From Frankineae bacterium MT45 (GTDB taxonomy: Bacteria > Actinomycetota > Actinomycetes > Mycobacteriales > Jatrophihabitantaceae), in NCBI GenBank assembly GCA_900100325.1, contig LT629697.1, positions 1,647,423-1,671,422 of the forward strand: a stretch of 24,000 nt of DNA, in the 5' to 3' direction. This document shows positions 15,987 to 23,786 of the stretch, piece after piece. The first letter of the stretch is position 1. The number at the start of each line of letters is the position of its first letter. A program made the translations under genes and the position numbers. Below the pieces are notes generated by a model. That model was not told the DNA's origin, did no database searches, and was given only the letters and a program-made list of their open reading frames with translations.

Positions 15987-16026
15987 ACGACGTCGCTTGC
16001 TGAACGGTGCCGCCCGCTGAACGACG
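15975..16026. repeat. 17-bp tandem repeat x3 (core GCTGAACG at 15982, 15999, 16016) spanning the GntR stop codon
   Basis: The 18-nt string GCCGCCCGCTGAACGACG occurs at 15975-15992 and at 16009-16026, with a degenerate middle copy. Each copy carries TGA (15984, 16001, 16018), which puts stops in all three frames. Confidence 0.8.
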
Positions 16027-16048
16027 CTGCTTCCTTGAATGGGCGACG

Positions 16049-16579
16049 TCACTCCAATCCGGTGCGGCCGTCGATGCACTCCCGCAGCAGGTCGGCGTGC
16101 CCGTTGTGCTGCGCGTACTCCTCGATGAGGTGCACGTAGACCACGCGCACCGAGAGATCCTGATCGCGGTGCCGGATCGTGGAGTCGAGCGTGGCCGTGG
16201 CGGCGGCACGGTCGGCCAGGTCGAACTCCGCCAACAACCGGGCGTAGTCCTCCTCGGCCCGGGCTGGGTCGAGCTCGTTGAAGTCGGCGTCGTAGTCGCT
16301 TGAGTCGGCATAGGGCGACTGGACGGCCTCGGCGCCGACGCGCTGCCGCAACCAGATCCGTTCGACCTTGGCCATGTGCCGGATGAGACCGAGCAGCGAG
16401 AGGTTGGAGGGTGGCACGGCACGCGTCGCCAACTGCTCGCCGGTGAGGCCGGCACAGATGCTCAGCAGCCGGTGCCGCTGCTCGGCCAGAAAGCCTTCAA
16501 GGATAGGACGTTCGTCGCCGACGAGCGGGCTCTCGGCGAGCGGGGGAGGGGGCGGTGCGGTCCATGGAGTCTGCGTCAC
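16049..16579 (-). CDS. DinB family (DUF664 / mycothiol transferase-like) protein
   Basis: 176 aa. Motifs LIRHMAKVERIW and HLIEEYAQHNGHADLLRECIDG are typical of DinB-fold metal-binding helix bundles. 4-nt overlap with the upstream HAD gene. Confidence 0.85.
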   Translation of the reverse strand: MTQTPWTAPPPPPLAESPLVGDERPILEGFLAEQRHRLLSICAGLTGEQLATRAVPPSNLSLLGLIRHMAKVERIWLRQRVGAEAVQSPYADSSDYDADFNELDPARAEEDYARLLAEFDLADRAAATATLDSTIRHRDQDLSVRVVYVHLIEEYAQHNGHADLLRECIDGRTGLE

Positions 16580-17424
16580 TTCCCCATCATGCCTGCGTTC
16601 TCTTCGAGCCAGCGGGCGACGCCCTGGTCGGCGTTGCCGCCGATGACCGCGGTGGCCGCCTGCCTCACCTCAGCGACCGCATTGGCCACCGCGTACGCCC
16701 GGTCAGCGACGGCGAACATCCCCAGATCATTGATGTTGTCGCCGAAGCAGACGATCTCATCAGCCTGTACGTCGGCGGCCACCCGGCGCAGCGCGACCGC
16801 CTTCGTCCCCGCCGATGACGTGACGTCGAGGATGAACTGGCCGGGCACGTAGACGTCCTCGGAGATCAGCGCGTCGCAGGCGGCGAGCTCAGTGGCCAGT
16901 TCCGATCGGCATCCTTCGAGCTCGGTCAGCGGGCCGATGATCGACATGTAGAAGACCTGCTCCAGACTCACCTCCGACCAGCCGGTGAGTGGCATGAGTC
17001 GCGGGTCATCCGCCCGGCGCTCCAGAAAATCGTTGGTGCCCCAGTTCAATGGCCCATCGATCCAGCAGAGCCGGTCCCGGCCGGCGTGCTGCAGGAAGAG
17101 CAGCGGCTGCAGATCGCGGGATTCGGCTGAATCGATGAGCGCTGTCACGGCACCGGACGGCGGGGTGGCCGTGGCGATCGGCTCGCCCGAGACTGGATTA
17201 GCGATGACGGCGCCGCCGTAGGTGATGAGCGGCAATTGGAGACTCAGAGGTCGGGTTAGTAGAGCCGCCCGGAATGGCGAGCGGGCGGTGGCGTAGGTGA
17301 AGAGCCCACCCCTGCTGACGAGTTCGTTCACCACGTCGACGGTCAGCGTCCCTAGAGTGCCGTCGGGCAGCAGCAGCGTTCCATCGAGATCGGAGACGTA
17401 GAGCGTGCGGTGGGCGGCGGCCAT
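16576..17424 (-). CDS. HAD-superfamily hydrolase, Cof-type (subfamily IIB)
   Basis: 282 aa. Motif I YVSDLDGTLL, motif IV FGDNINDLGMF, and a large cap region. Confidence 0.88.
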   Translation of the reverse strand: MAAAHRTLYVSDLDGTLLLPDGTLGTLTVDVVNELVSRGGLFTYATARSPFRAALLTRPLSLQLPLITYGGAVIANPVSGEPIATATPPSGAVTALIDSAESRDLQPLLFLQHAGRDRLCWIDGPLNWGTNDFLERRADDPRLMPLTGWSEVSLEQVFYMSIIGPLTELEGCRSELATELAACDALISEDVYVPGQFILDVTSSAGTKAVALRRVAADVQADEIVCFGDNINDLGMFAVADRAYAVANAVAEVRQAATAVIGGNADQGVARWLEENAGMMGK

Positions 17425-17500
17425 CGCAGGGAAGCTTAGCCGGGTCGCAGCGGTTCACAGAGATGGCGGCGTAGTGGCTTGACTGCCGGTCGGCCTGTGA

Positions 17501-18172
17501 TTGGGTGGAATCGTGCGACCTGAACTTGCTTCGCTGCGCGCCGCCTACACAGACCTGGCCGAGATTGCGCTATCGCTGAACGAGGCGGACTCCTGGTGCG
17601 GCACCGGCTGTCCGGGATGGTCGGCCCGCGATCTCTTCGTGCACCTGCTTGGAGATGCGCAACGGGCCCTGGTTGCACTGGGAACCCCGGCCAACCGGCC
17701 GGCCGACCGAACCGCGAGTACCTACTGGATCGACTCGCCGGGGCAGGAGGATCCGGAGTCGCGCGGGTTGCGCTCGGTCCGCACCATGGCCGCGGCCTGG
17801 CGGCTGGACTACCTCACCGCGACCTACGCCGAGACGACCCGAGCCGTGCTCACCCTCGCCGAACGCTGCGACGCCGAGAGCGTGGTTGCCACGCAGGGAC
17901 ATGCGCTGCGGGTGGGTGACTTTCTCGACACGCTGACCGTCGAGGCTGGTCTGCACCACCTGGATCTCCTGGTGGGCGTGAATCGTCCGGGGCCGAAAGG
18001 CGAGGTGCTGGCGACGATCCGCCGCACCCTGGAAGGATTGCTCGGCCACCCCGCGCCGGCCGTCTTTGACGACTTGACGTGGGCCCGCATCGGCTCCGGC
18101 CGCAAGGTGATCTCAGCGGCCGATCGTATCGCGCTCGGACCCGACGCCGACCGATTTCCGCTTATAAAGTAA
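17501..18172 (+). CDS. Maleylpyruvate isomerase family mycothiol-dependent enzyme (DinB_2 N-terminal domain)
   Basis: 223 aa. N-terminal pattern LRAAYTDLAEIALSL...CPGWSARDLFVHLLGDAQRAL. TTG start at 17501 (alternative GTG 17513). Confidence 0.7.
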   Translation: MGGIVRPELASLRAAYTDLAEIALSLNEADSWCGTGCPGWSARDLFVHLLGDAQRALVALGTPANRPADRTASTYWIDSPGQEDPESRGLRSVRTMAAAWRLDYLTATYAETTRAVLTLAERCDAESVVATQGHALRVGDFLDTLTVEAGLHHLDLLVGVNRPGPKGEVLATIRRTLEGLLGHPAPAVFDDLTWARIGSGRKVISAADRIALGPDADRFPLIK

Positions 18173-18177
18173 GGCAA

Positions 18178-18942
18178 TCAGCCGCCGAACGGGTCGCGGC
18201 TGGTTATGCAGTAGAGCAGCCCGACCGGGTCCCGCAGTGTGACCCAGTACTTGGTGGTGCGGATGGTGGTGGCGCCGAGACGCTCGTGGCGGCGACGCTC
18301 CTCTTCGACGTCGTCGCAGGCAAAGTCGACGTGGGCATGCGGCAGCTGCCGTTCGTCGACGCCGTCGTCGTCCTCGCTCCCCAGGCGCTGCAGGAGCAGG
18401 CGCAGCGGGATGTCGGCCGGACGCCGCAGGTGGTCGAACTCCGGCAGCGAGCCGGATCGCTGCTCCCACCCGGTGAGTTGGCTCCAGAACGCGGCCTCGC
18501 TGTCGAAGACCTCGATCGGGATGTCGAGGCTCAACTGGTCCAGCAGGCTGCTCTGCCCGTCAGGCCAGCGTCGGGGTGCGGCACGGACGTAGCTGCCGTC
18601 GGCCCGGACGAGGCAGAAGGGCTGCCCGGCCGGCGACTGCAGGGTGACCAGGTCCGGGACCTCGCGGCGCGACTCGGCGCCGAGGGCGACGGCGCGCTCG
18701 ACCGCGGCCTCCAGATCGTCGACATAGAGGTCGGGATGCCAGCTCACCCCTGTACCGGGGCGCTCGACCCGCTGGACCCAGAGGTGCGGGGACTCCTCCT
18801 CGCCGGCCAGCGGGATGAACTGACCCAGCGCCCCCTGCGGTGGCTGGGCGGTGCTGCCACTCACCTGCGCCCAGAACGTGAGCACGTCGGCGACCAGTGG
18901 TTCGGGGACGTCGGCGAAGGCGGCCAGCCAGCGGACCTGCAT
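18178..18942 (-). CDS. VOC (glyoxalase/bleomycin-resistance/dioxygenase-like) family protein, two-domain
   Basis: ATG 18942 (MQVRWLAAFADVP) lies 2 nt downstream of the PPOX stop. It has two VOC-like halves (HPDLYVDDLEAAVERAVALGA; HVDFACDDVEEERRRHERLGA). The 393-aa track ORF that reaches 19359 runs out of frame across the PPOX gene, so I truncated it here. Confidence 0.8.
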   Translation of the reverse strand: MQVRWLAAFADVPEPLVADVLTFWAQVSGSTAQPPQGALGQFIPLAGEEESPHLWVQRVERPGTGVSWHPDLYVDDLEAAVERAVALGAESRREVPDLVTLQSPAGQPFCLVRADGSYVRAAPRRWPDGQSSLLDQLSLDIPIEVFDSEAAFWSQLTGWEQRSGSLPEFDHLRRPADIPLRLLLQRLGSEDDDGVDERQLPHAHVDFACDDVEEERRRHERLGATTIRTTKYWVTLRDPVGLLYCITSRDPFGG

Positions 18943-18944
18943 GA

Positions 18945-19346
18945 CTACACGTTCCCCAGAACGCGAGCGATGACGATTTCGAGCACGACCCGGCGCGGGT
19001 TCTCCCGTGGCTGCTTGTAGCGCAGCGCGTAACGGCGGACGGCTTCGGCGATGGTCTCCGGGTCGTCGCGGAGAAAGGCCCGTCCCTCCAGCGTCGACCA
19101 GCGGCGTCCGTCGACCTGGCAGGCGGCGGCCGCCACACCAGCGTTGCCGGCGGTCGCCACCAACCGGGCCTTCTGCGACGTGCCGGAGGTGATCACCCAG
19201 GCCGTCCCGGCAACCGCATCGAGGGTCACCCCGACCGGCACCACGTGCGGCGTGCCGTCCGGGCGGACGGTGGTGAGGCTGCTCAAAGCCCGCTCGCTCC
19301 AGAAAGCGATCAAGTCGGTATTGGTCGGATCGATCAGCCTCATCAC
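18945..19346 (-). CDS. PPOX-class (pyridoxamine 5'-phosphate oxidase-like) probable F420-dependent oxidoreductase
   Basis: 133 aa. Split-barrel pattern SSLTTVRPDGTPHVVPVG...AWVITSGTSQKARL...STLEGRA. 4-nt overlap (19343-19346) with soxR. Confidence 0.8.
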   Translation of the reverse strand: MMRLIDPTNTDLIAFWSERALSSLTTVRPDGTPHVVPVGVTLDAVAGTAWVITSGTSQKARLVATAGNAGVAAAACQVDGRRWSTLEGRAFLRDDPETIAEAVRRYALRYKQPRENPRRVVLEIVIARVLGNV

Positions 19347-19822
19347 CAGACCTTCTCATCCCGCGGTGTACGCAGCAGCGGCGGCAGGTACGCCGCGCCC
19401 CCGGCCGGGACGGCGGCGGCGATCATGTCGCCCGGGTTGGAGACGGCGCAGCCCTGCATCGAGAGGCAGCCGCAGCCGATGCAGCTCTGCAGGCCGTCCC
19501 GCAGGGCCTCCAACGCGCTGATCTGCTCGTCAAGGCGCCCCCGCCAGTCACGGGAGATTCGCCCCCAGTCGGCCTTGGTCGGGGTGCGACCGTCGGGGAG
19601 GCGGGCCAGTTCGGCGCGAATCTCCTCAAGGCTGAGGCCGACATTGCGGGCGGCCCGGATGAAGGCCAGCCGGCGCAGCACGCTGCGGGCGTAGCGTCGC
19701 TGGCCGCCGCCGGTGCGGGTGGCCTGGATGAGCCCCTCCCGCTCGTAGTAGCGCAGCGCCGAGGCCGCGAATCCGCTGCGATGGGCCACCTCGGCGACGG
19801 TGAGGGAGTCGGTGGTCTTCAT
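19343..19822 (-). CDS. soxR: Redox-sensitive MerR-family transcriptional activator SoxR
   Basis: MerR HTH (LTVAEVAHRSGFAASALRYYEREGLI) plus the SoxR [2Fe-2S] ligand motif CIGCGCLSMQGC (C-x2-C-x-C-x5-C). Confidence 0.92.
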   Translation of the reverse strand: MKTTDSLTVAEVAHRSGFAASALRYYEREGLIQATRTGGGQRRYARSVLRRLAFIRAARNVGLSLEEIRAELARLPDGRTPTKADWGRISRDWRGRLDEQISALEALRDGLQSCIGCGCLSMQGCAVSNPGDMIAAAVPAGGAAYLPPLLRTPRDEKVW

Positions 19823-19828
19823 CTCTCC

Positions 19829-19834
19829 ATCCTA
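19829..19834 (-). promoter_or_regulatory. Candidate -10 (TAGGAT in minus sense) for a leaderless soxR transcript
   Basis: The hexamer ends 6 nt upstream of the soxR ATG (19822). No room remains for a normally spaced SD. Inference only. Confidence 0.3.
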
Positions 19835-19847
19835 TCGCCGTCGCCGG

Positions 19848-19878
19848 TTGACTTAAAGCTAACTTCAAGTTTAACGAT
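19848..19878 (+). promoter_or_regulatory. SoxR-box type promoter directed at the SDR gene
   Basis: TTGACT (19848-19853), a 19-bp spacer, then AACGAT (19873-19878). The spacer contains the imperfect palindrome ACTTAAAGCTAACTTCAAGT (19851-19870; 8 of 10 base pairs). Its core CTTAAAGCTAACTTCAAG matches 13/18 positions of the E. coli soxS operator CCTCAAGTTAACTTGAGG, quoted from memory. The SDR ATG (19885) is 7 nt after the -10, which predicts a leaderless mRNA. Confidence 0.6.
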
Positions 19879-19884
19879 GGTGGC

Positions 19885-20628
19885 ATGAACGAATTGCTGA
19901 AGAACCGAGTAGCCCTGATCACGGGCGCCTCTGCCGGGCTGGGACGCGCGCTGGCCGAGGAGTTGGCCAGTCGAGGGTGGCGGCTCATCATCGATGCGCG
20001 CCACCCCGATCCGCTGGAGAGCGTCGCCACCCAACTGCGCGTGAGGAGCGAGGCGGTGTGGAGCATCGCCGGCGACGTAAGCAACCCGGCCCACCGGGCT
20101 CAACTCACCGCCGCCGTTGCCGAGGCAGGGCGCCTAGACCTGCTGGTGAACAACGCCAGCACTCTCGGCCCGACGCCACTGCCGCGCCTCGACGACCTTG
20201 ATCTTGCTGCCTTCCGGCAGGTGCTGGAGACGAATGTGCTGGCCCCACTGGCCCTGATCCAGCAACTGCGGTCCGTGCTGGATCGTTGCTCCGCGGTCGT
20301 CGTGAACGTCTCCTCGGACGCCGCCGTCGAGGCCTATCCCGGCTGGGGCGCCTACGGGGCGGCGAAGGCCGCGCTCGATCACCTGTCCCGCACCCTGGCC
20401 GCCGAGAACGAGTCGCTGCGTTACTACGCGATCGACCCCGGTGACATGCGAACCGCGATGCATCAGGCCGCCTTCCCCGGGGAGGACATCTCAGACCGCC
20501 CGACCCCGGAGTCGGTGGTGCCGTCGCTACTACGACTCCTCGACTCTGCTGTGCCCAGTGGGCGCTACCGCGCCACTGAGCTACCCGACATCGAATCATC
20601 CGAAAACGTAAAGGAATCCGCTCAATGA
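19885..20628 (+). CDS. Short-chain dehydrogenase/reductase (SDR) family oxidoreductase
   Basis: 247 aa with TGASAGLGRA (TGxxxGxG), NNAS and YGAAKAAL (YxxxK). Confidence 0.92.
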   Translation: MNELLKNRVALITGASAGLGRALAEELASRGWRLIIDARHPDPLESVATQLRVRSEAVWSIAGDVSNPAHRAQLTAAVAEAGRLDLLVNNASTLGPTPLPRLDDLDLAAFRQVLETNVLAPLALIQQLRSVLDRCSAVVVNVSSDAAVEAYPGWGAYGAAKAALDHLSRTLAAENESLRYYAIDPGDMRTAMHQAAFPGEDISDRPTPESVVPSLLRLLDSAVPSGRYRATELPDIESSENVKESAQ

Positions 20629-21707
20629 CTGCACTGCTGCAGAAGCCCAGCACGATCTTCCGACTGACCGACGACCTTACCGCGGCCGAGCCGCCGGAGC
20701 AGCGCGGGCTGTCACGCGACGGGGTCCGCCTGCTAGTGGCGGAGCACTCCGCCGACGGGACCGATCGCGTCATCCATCGCCGTTTCCGGGAACTTCCGGA
20801 GTATCTGCGCGCGGGGGACCTGCTCGTCGTCAACACCTCGGCGACGCTCGCCGGCGAGATCGACGGGACCTGGCGTGGTGGCGCCCCGGTCGTCGTTCAC
20901 TTCGCAACCGAGCTGGATGACGGCAGCTGGGTGGTGGAACTACGCAGCGCGCCAGACGGGGCAACGCCGTTGCTCGCCGCCGGGGTTGGTGACGAGATCC
21001 TGCTACCGCGACGCGTCTCGCTTCGGCTGCTTGAGCCCTACGGTGGCCGCACCGCCTCACCCACCGGCGAGGGAAACCGGCTCTGGCGGGGCGATGTACG
21101 GAGTGCCTCGCGGCTCGCCGCCTACCTGGCGCGCTACGGCCGCCCGATCAGCTACGGCTACCTGAGCCGCCACTGGCCGTTGTCGGACTATCAGACGGTC
21201 TTCTCCCGCGAGCCGGGGAGCGCGGAGATGCCGAGCGCTGGGCGCCCCTTCACTACGGAGCTCGTCACCGACCTGGTGCGACGGGGTATCGGAGTCGCTC
21301 CCATCACGCTGCACACCGGCGTCTCGTCCCAGGATGCCGGCGAACCGCCGCAGCCGGAGCGCTTCGCGGTGAGTGCGTCGACCGCTCGGCTGGTGAACCA
21401 GACGAGGCTGGCCGGCGGACGGGTTGTGGCGGTGGGGACGACCGTGACCCGGGCACTGGAGTCCGCGGCCGACGCGGCCGGGGAGGTTCGTCCGGCCGCC
21501 GGCTGGACCGAGCACATCGTCGGGGGAGAGAACCCGGCCCGGGTCGTCACCGGGCTGATCACCGGCCTGCACAACCCGGAGGCGTCACATCTGCTGTTGG
21601 TGGAGTCGATCGCCGGTGCCCGTCTCACCCAGCTCGCCTACGACGCCGCGGTCGCCGAACGCTACCTGTGGCACGAGTTCGGAGACTCCTGCTTGCTGCT
21701 GCCATAA
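20625..21707 (+). CDS. QueA-family protein (S-adenosylmethionine:tRNA ribosyltransferase-isomerase homologue, divergent)
   Basis: 360 aa. The ATGA overlap with the SDR stop (20625-20628) indicates translational coupling. QueA-like blocks: GDLLVVNTSATL, YQTVFSREPGSAEMPSAGRPF, VAVGTTVTRALESAA, LITGLHNPEASHLLLVESIAG, YLWHEFGDSCLL. Confidence 0.88.
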   Translation: MTALLQKPSTIFRLTDDLTAAEPPEQRGLSRDGVRLLVAEHSADGTDRVIHRRFRELPEYLRAGDLLVVNTSATLAGEIDGTWRGGAPVVVHFATELDDGSWVVELRSAPDGATPLLAAGVGDEILLPRRVSLRLLEPYGGRTASPTGEGNRLWRGDVRSASRLAAYLARYGRPISYGYLSRHWPLSDYQTVFSREPGSAEMPSAGRPFTTELVTDLVRRGIGVAPITLHTGVSSQDAGEPPQPERFAVSASTARLVNQTRLAGGRVVAVGTTVTRALESAADAAGEVRPAAGWTEHIVGGENPARVVTGLITGLHNPEASHLLLVESIAGARLTQLAYDAAVAERYLWHEFGDSCLLLP

Positions 21708-21763
21708 CCGGCCCGCGCTGCTAGGCTGTGCGACGTGCATCGGCTCGCGATCATCACCCCGCC

Positions 21764-21783
21764 ACCCCGCTCCTGAGCGGGGT
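21764..21783 (+). terminator. Weak hairpin (ACCCCGC-tcctga-GCGGGGT) after the QueA-like gene
   Basis: 7-bp stem, 6-nt loop and no U-tract, located 57 nt after the stop at 21707. Confidence 0.3.
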
Positions 21784-21836
21784 CCAGCACTCCGCTCCAC
21801 GCGACCACCTTCCTTCTCGTCGCAGGAGCCACACCG

Positions 21837-22775
21837 ATGTCACTCAGCACAGCTCAACTACGCCCTACTCGCGTCACCCGATCCTCAACAGGTCTCATAT
21901 CCCTGATCGCCGCCGGCCTGCTCTGGGGCACCGGTGGTATCACCGGCCGATCGCTGGCCAACTCCGCCCATCTCTCGCCGATCAGCATCGCCGCCTACCG
22001 CCTCGGCCTCGGCGGCGGACTGGTCGTGCTGTCGCTGCTACTCAGCGGCCAGCGACCACCCCGATCGGCCGTGGCCTGGCGGCGAATTCTCGCGGTCGCC
22101 GCACTGGCCGCGGTCTTTCAAGCGGCCTACTTCTCCGCCGTCGCGGTTGGCACGGTGAGTGTCGCCACGCTGGTCGCGATCGGGTCGTCGCCGGTCTTCG
22201 TGCTTCTCTACGAAAGTGTGCGGAGTCGCCGCCGGCCTGAGCGGCGTGCGGCAGCGGTGGTGCTCCTCGCGCTGGTCGGACTCACGATGCTGGTCGGGGT
22301 TCCGGCCGGATCAGAGAGCATGCCGCGGGAACTGGCCGGTGCCGGGTTGGCCGCCTTCTCCGGGCTCACCTTCGCCGCCTTCACCATCCTCGGCCGACGG
22401 CCACTGGTGGGAGTCGACGAACGTGGTGTCACCGGCTACGGCTTCGGTCTCGGCGGCCTGCTGCTGGTGCCGATCGCTCTACTGGTCGGCGGCCTCGGCT
22501 TTCCCGTTTCAGCCGATAATTTCGGACTGTTGGCGCTACTAGCCATCGCTCCGACGGCGCTGGCCTACACGCTCTTCTTCCGTGGCCTGCGCACGGTGGC
22601 CGCGGCGACGGCCACGGTGATCGCGCTCCTCGAACCGCTCACCGGGACGCTGCTCTCCATCGCGCTGCTCGGGGAGCGGCTGTCATTGGTCGGTTCGGCC
22701 GGGGCGGTGCTACTCGGAGTCGCGATCGTCATCTCGGCTCGCACACCAACCGCGCCAACCAGTGGAGGCGTATAG
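21837..22775 (+). CDS. EamA/DMT-superfamily transporter
   Basis: 312 aa. AGGAG at 21824-21828. About 10 TM helices arranged in two EamA-like halves. Confidence 0.88.
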   Translation: MSLSTAQLRPTRVTRSSTGLISLIAAGLLWGTGGITGRSLANSAHLSPISIAAYRLGLGGGLVVLSLLLSGQRPPRSAVAWRRILAVAALAAVFQAAYFSAVAVGTVSVATLVAIGSSPVFVLLYESVRSRRRPERRAAAVVLLALVGLTMLVGVPAGSESMPRELAGAGLAAFSGLTFAAFTILGRRPLVGVDERGVTGYGFGLGGLLLVPIALLVGGLGFPVSADNFGLLALLAIAPTALAYTLFFRGLRTVAAATATVIALLEPLTGTLLSIALLGERLSLVGSAGAVLLGVAIVISARTPTAPTSGGV

Positions 22776-22801
22776 AGGGCCGCTATCCGGCCAATGGGCA
22801 A

Positions 22802-23233
22802 CTAATTTATGGCGCGGAAGATGCAGAACGGGTGCCCGGACGGGTCGGCGTAGATACGGATCGGTTCCTCCGGGTCGTCGGCCTCGTCGCGGAGCAGGCG
22901 GGCTCCGAGTGCGACGGCCCGGTCGCAGGCGGAGTCGAGAGCTTCGCGGCTGTCGACCTGAAAGTCGAGATGCCCCATCTGGGGATACGGGCCGTCCGGC
23001 CAGGTTGCCTCCGGCAGGTGCTCGACCTGCTGGAAGGCAAGTCGAGCACCGCCGGCCGGGTTCATCAGGACGATGAAGTCCTCACCGTTCTCGCTGGCGT
23101 CGGCGCCCTCGGGGCGCTCATCACCGTCCCGATACGGAAAGCCCAGCAACTTCCGATAGAACTGGGCGAGTGCTCGGGCGTCGGTGCTGTCAAGGACAAA
23201 CTGTCGCAGCCTGAGGCCGTCAGTTGGTTGCAT
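22802..23233 (-). CDS. VOC family (glyoxalase-like) protein
   Basis: VOC pattern LRLRQFVLDSTDARALAQFYRKLLGF...HLDFQVDSREALDSACDRAVALGA...DPSGHPFCIF. Start placed at ATG 23233 (MQPTDG); the longest ORF starts at 23269. Confidence 0.85.
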   Translation of the reverse strand: MQPTDGLRLRQFVLDSTDARALAQFYRKLLGFPYRDGDERPEGADASENGEDFIVLMNPAGGARLAFQQVEHLPEATWPDGPYPQMGHLDFQVDSREALDSACDRAVALGARLLRDEADDPEEPIRIYADPSGHPFCIFRAIN

Positions 23234-23271
23234 ACCCCGATCGTGCCGGAGGAACCGCCCCGCGATCAACC

Positions 23272-23290
23272 ACCGCGATGAAATCGCGGT
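23272..23290 (-). terminator. Hairpin ACCGCGAT-gaa-ATCGCGGT between the SRPBCC and VOC genes
   Basis: 8-bp perfect stem with a 3-nt loop. Weak U-tail in minus sense (GGUUG). Confidence 0.3.
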
Positions 23291-23303
23291 TTCGGCGGGC
23301 CGG

Positions 23304-23774
23304 TCAGGAAGAGGCCAGGTAGGTACCGAGATTGTCGAGGATCCCGCGCGTCCCCTCCTCGCGGGTCTCGAAGGTGTCCAGCCCGTCGAAGTGCACGCCC
23401 TGTTCGGTGTACGTCAGGCGGGTGCCGTCACCGTCGGGCTCGACGGCGATGGTGGTGAGCGAGGTGGAGAGGTGCTGCCCGTCGATCCACATGTCGTAGG
23501 TGAAGACGATGCGGTTCAGCTCGACGATGTCCGAGTAGGTCGAGGTGAACTTCGACCTCGGACCGCCGTGCCACTGCCCCTCCTCGACCGCTTGCCCGCC
23601 GACCCGGAAGTCGTGGGACTTGGCGCTGACGTCGAAGGCCTCCCCGCCACCGAACCACCGGTCACGGGCATCGTTCTCGCTGAGGGCGGCCCAGACCTTC
23701 TCTATCGGCGCCGGGTAGGTGCGCTCGACGACGAAGGTGGCGTGGGCCTGACTCGGAGTGATGGTGTCGCTCAT
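23304..23774 (-). CDS. SRPBCC (AHSA1/START-like) domain protein
   Basis: 156 aa. Typical FVVERTYPAPIEKVWAALSENDARDRWF start and length. Sits 12 nt downstream of an ArsR gene, which is the classical pairing. Confidence 0.88.
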   Translation of the reverse strand: MSDTITPSQAHATFVVERTYPAPIEKVWAALSENDARDRWFGGGEAFDVSAKSHDFRVGGQAVEEGQWHGGPRSKFTSTYSDIVELNRIVFTYDMWIDGQHLSTSLTTIAVEPDGDGTRLTYTEQGVHFDGLDTFETREEGTRGILDNLGTYLASS

Positions 23775-23786
23775 GATGTTTCTCCC

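Noticed and set aside
18079-19359. 313-aa plus ORF (18079-19020) and the 393-aa extension of the VOC ORF up to 19359
   Set aside because: The plus ORF is antisense to the VOC and PPOX genes. The N-terminal 139 residues of the 393-aa ORF overlap the PPOX gene out of frame. An ATG at 18942, directly after the PPOX stop, gives a normal VOC protein.
20105-20836. 243-aa minus-strand ORF across the SDR/QueA-like junction
   Set aside because: It is antisense to two motif-rich genes, and its translation is Arg/Pro/Ser-rich.
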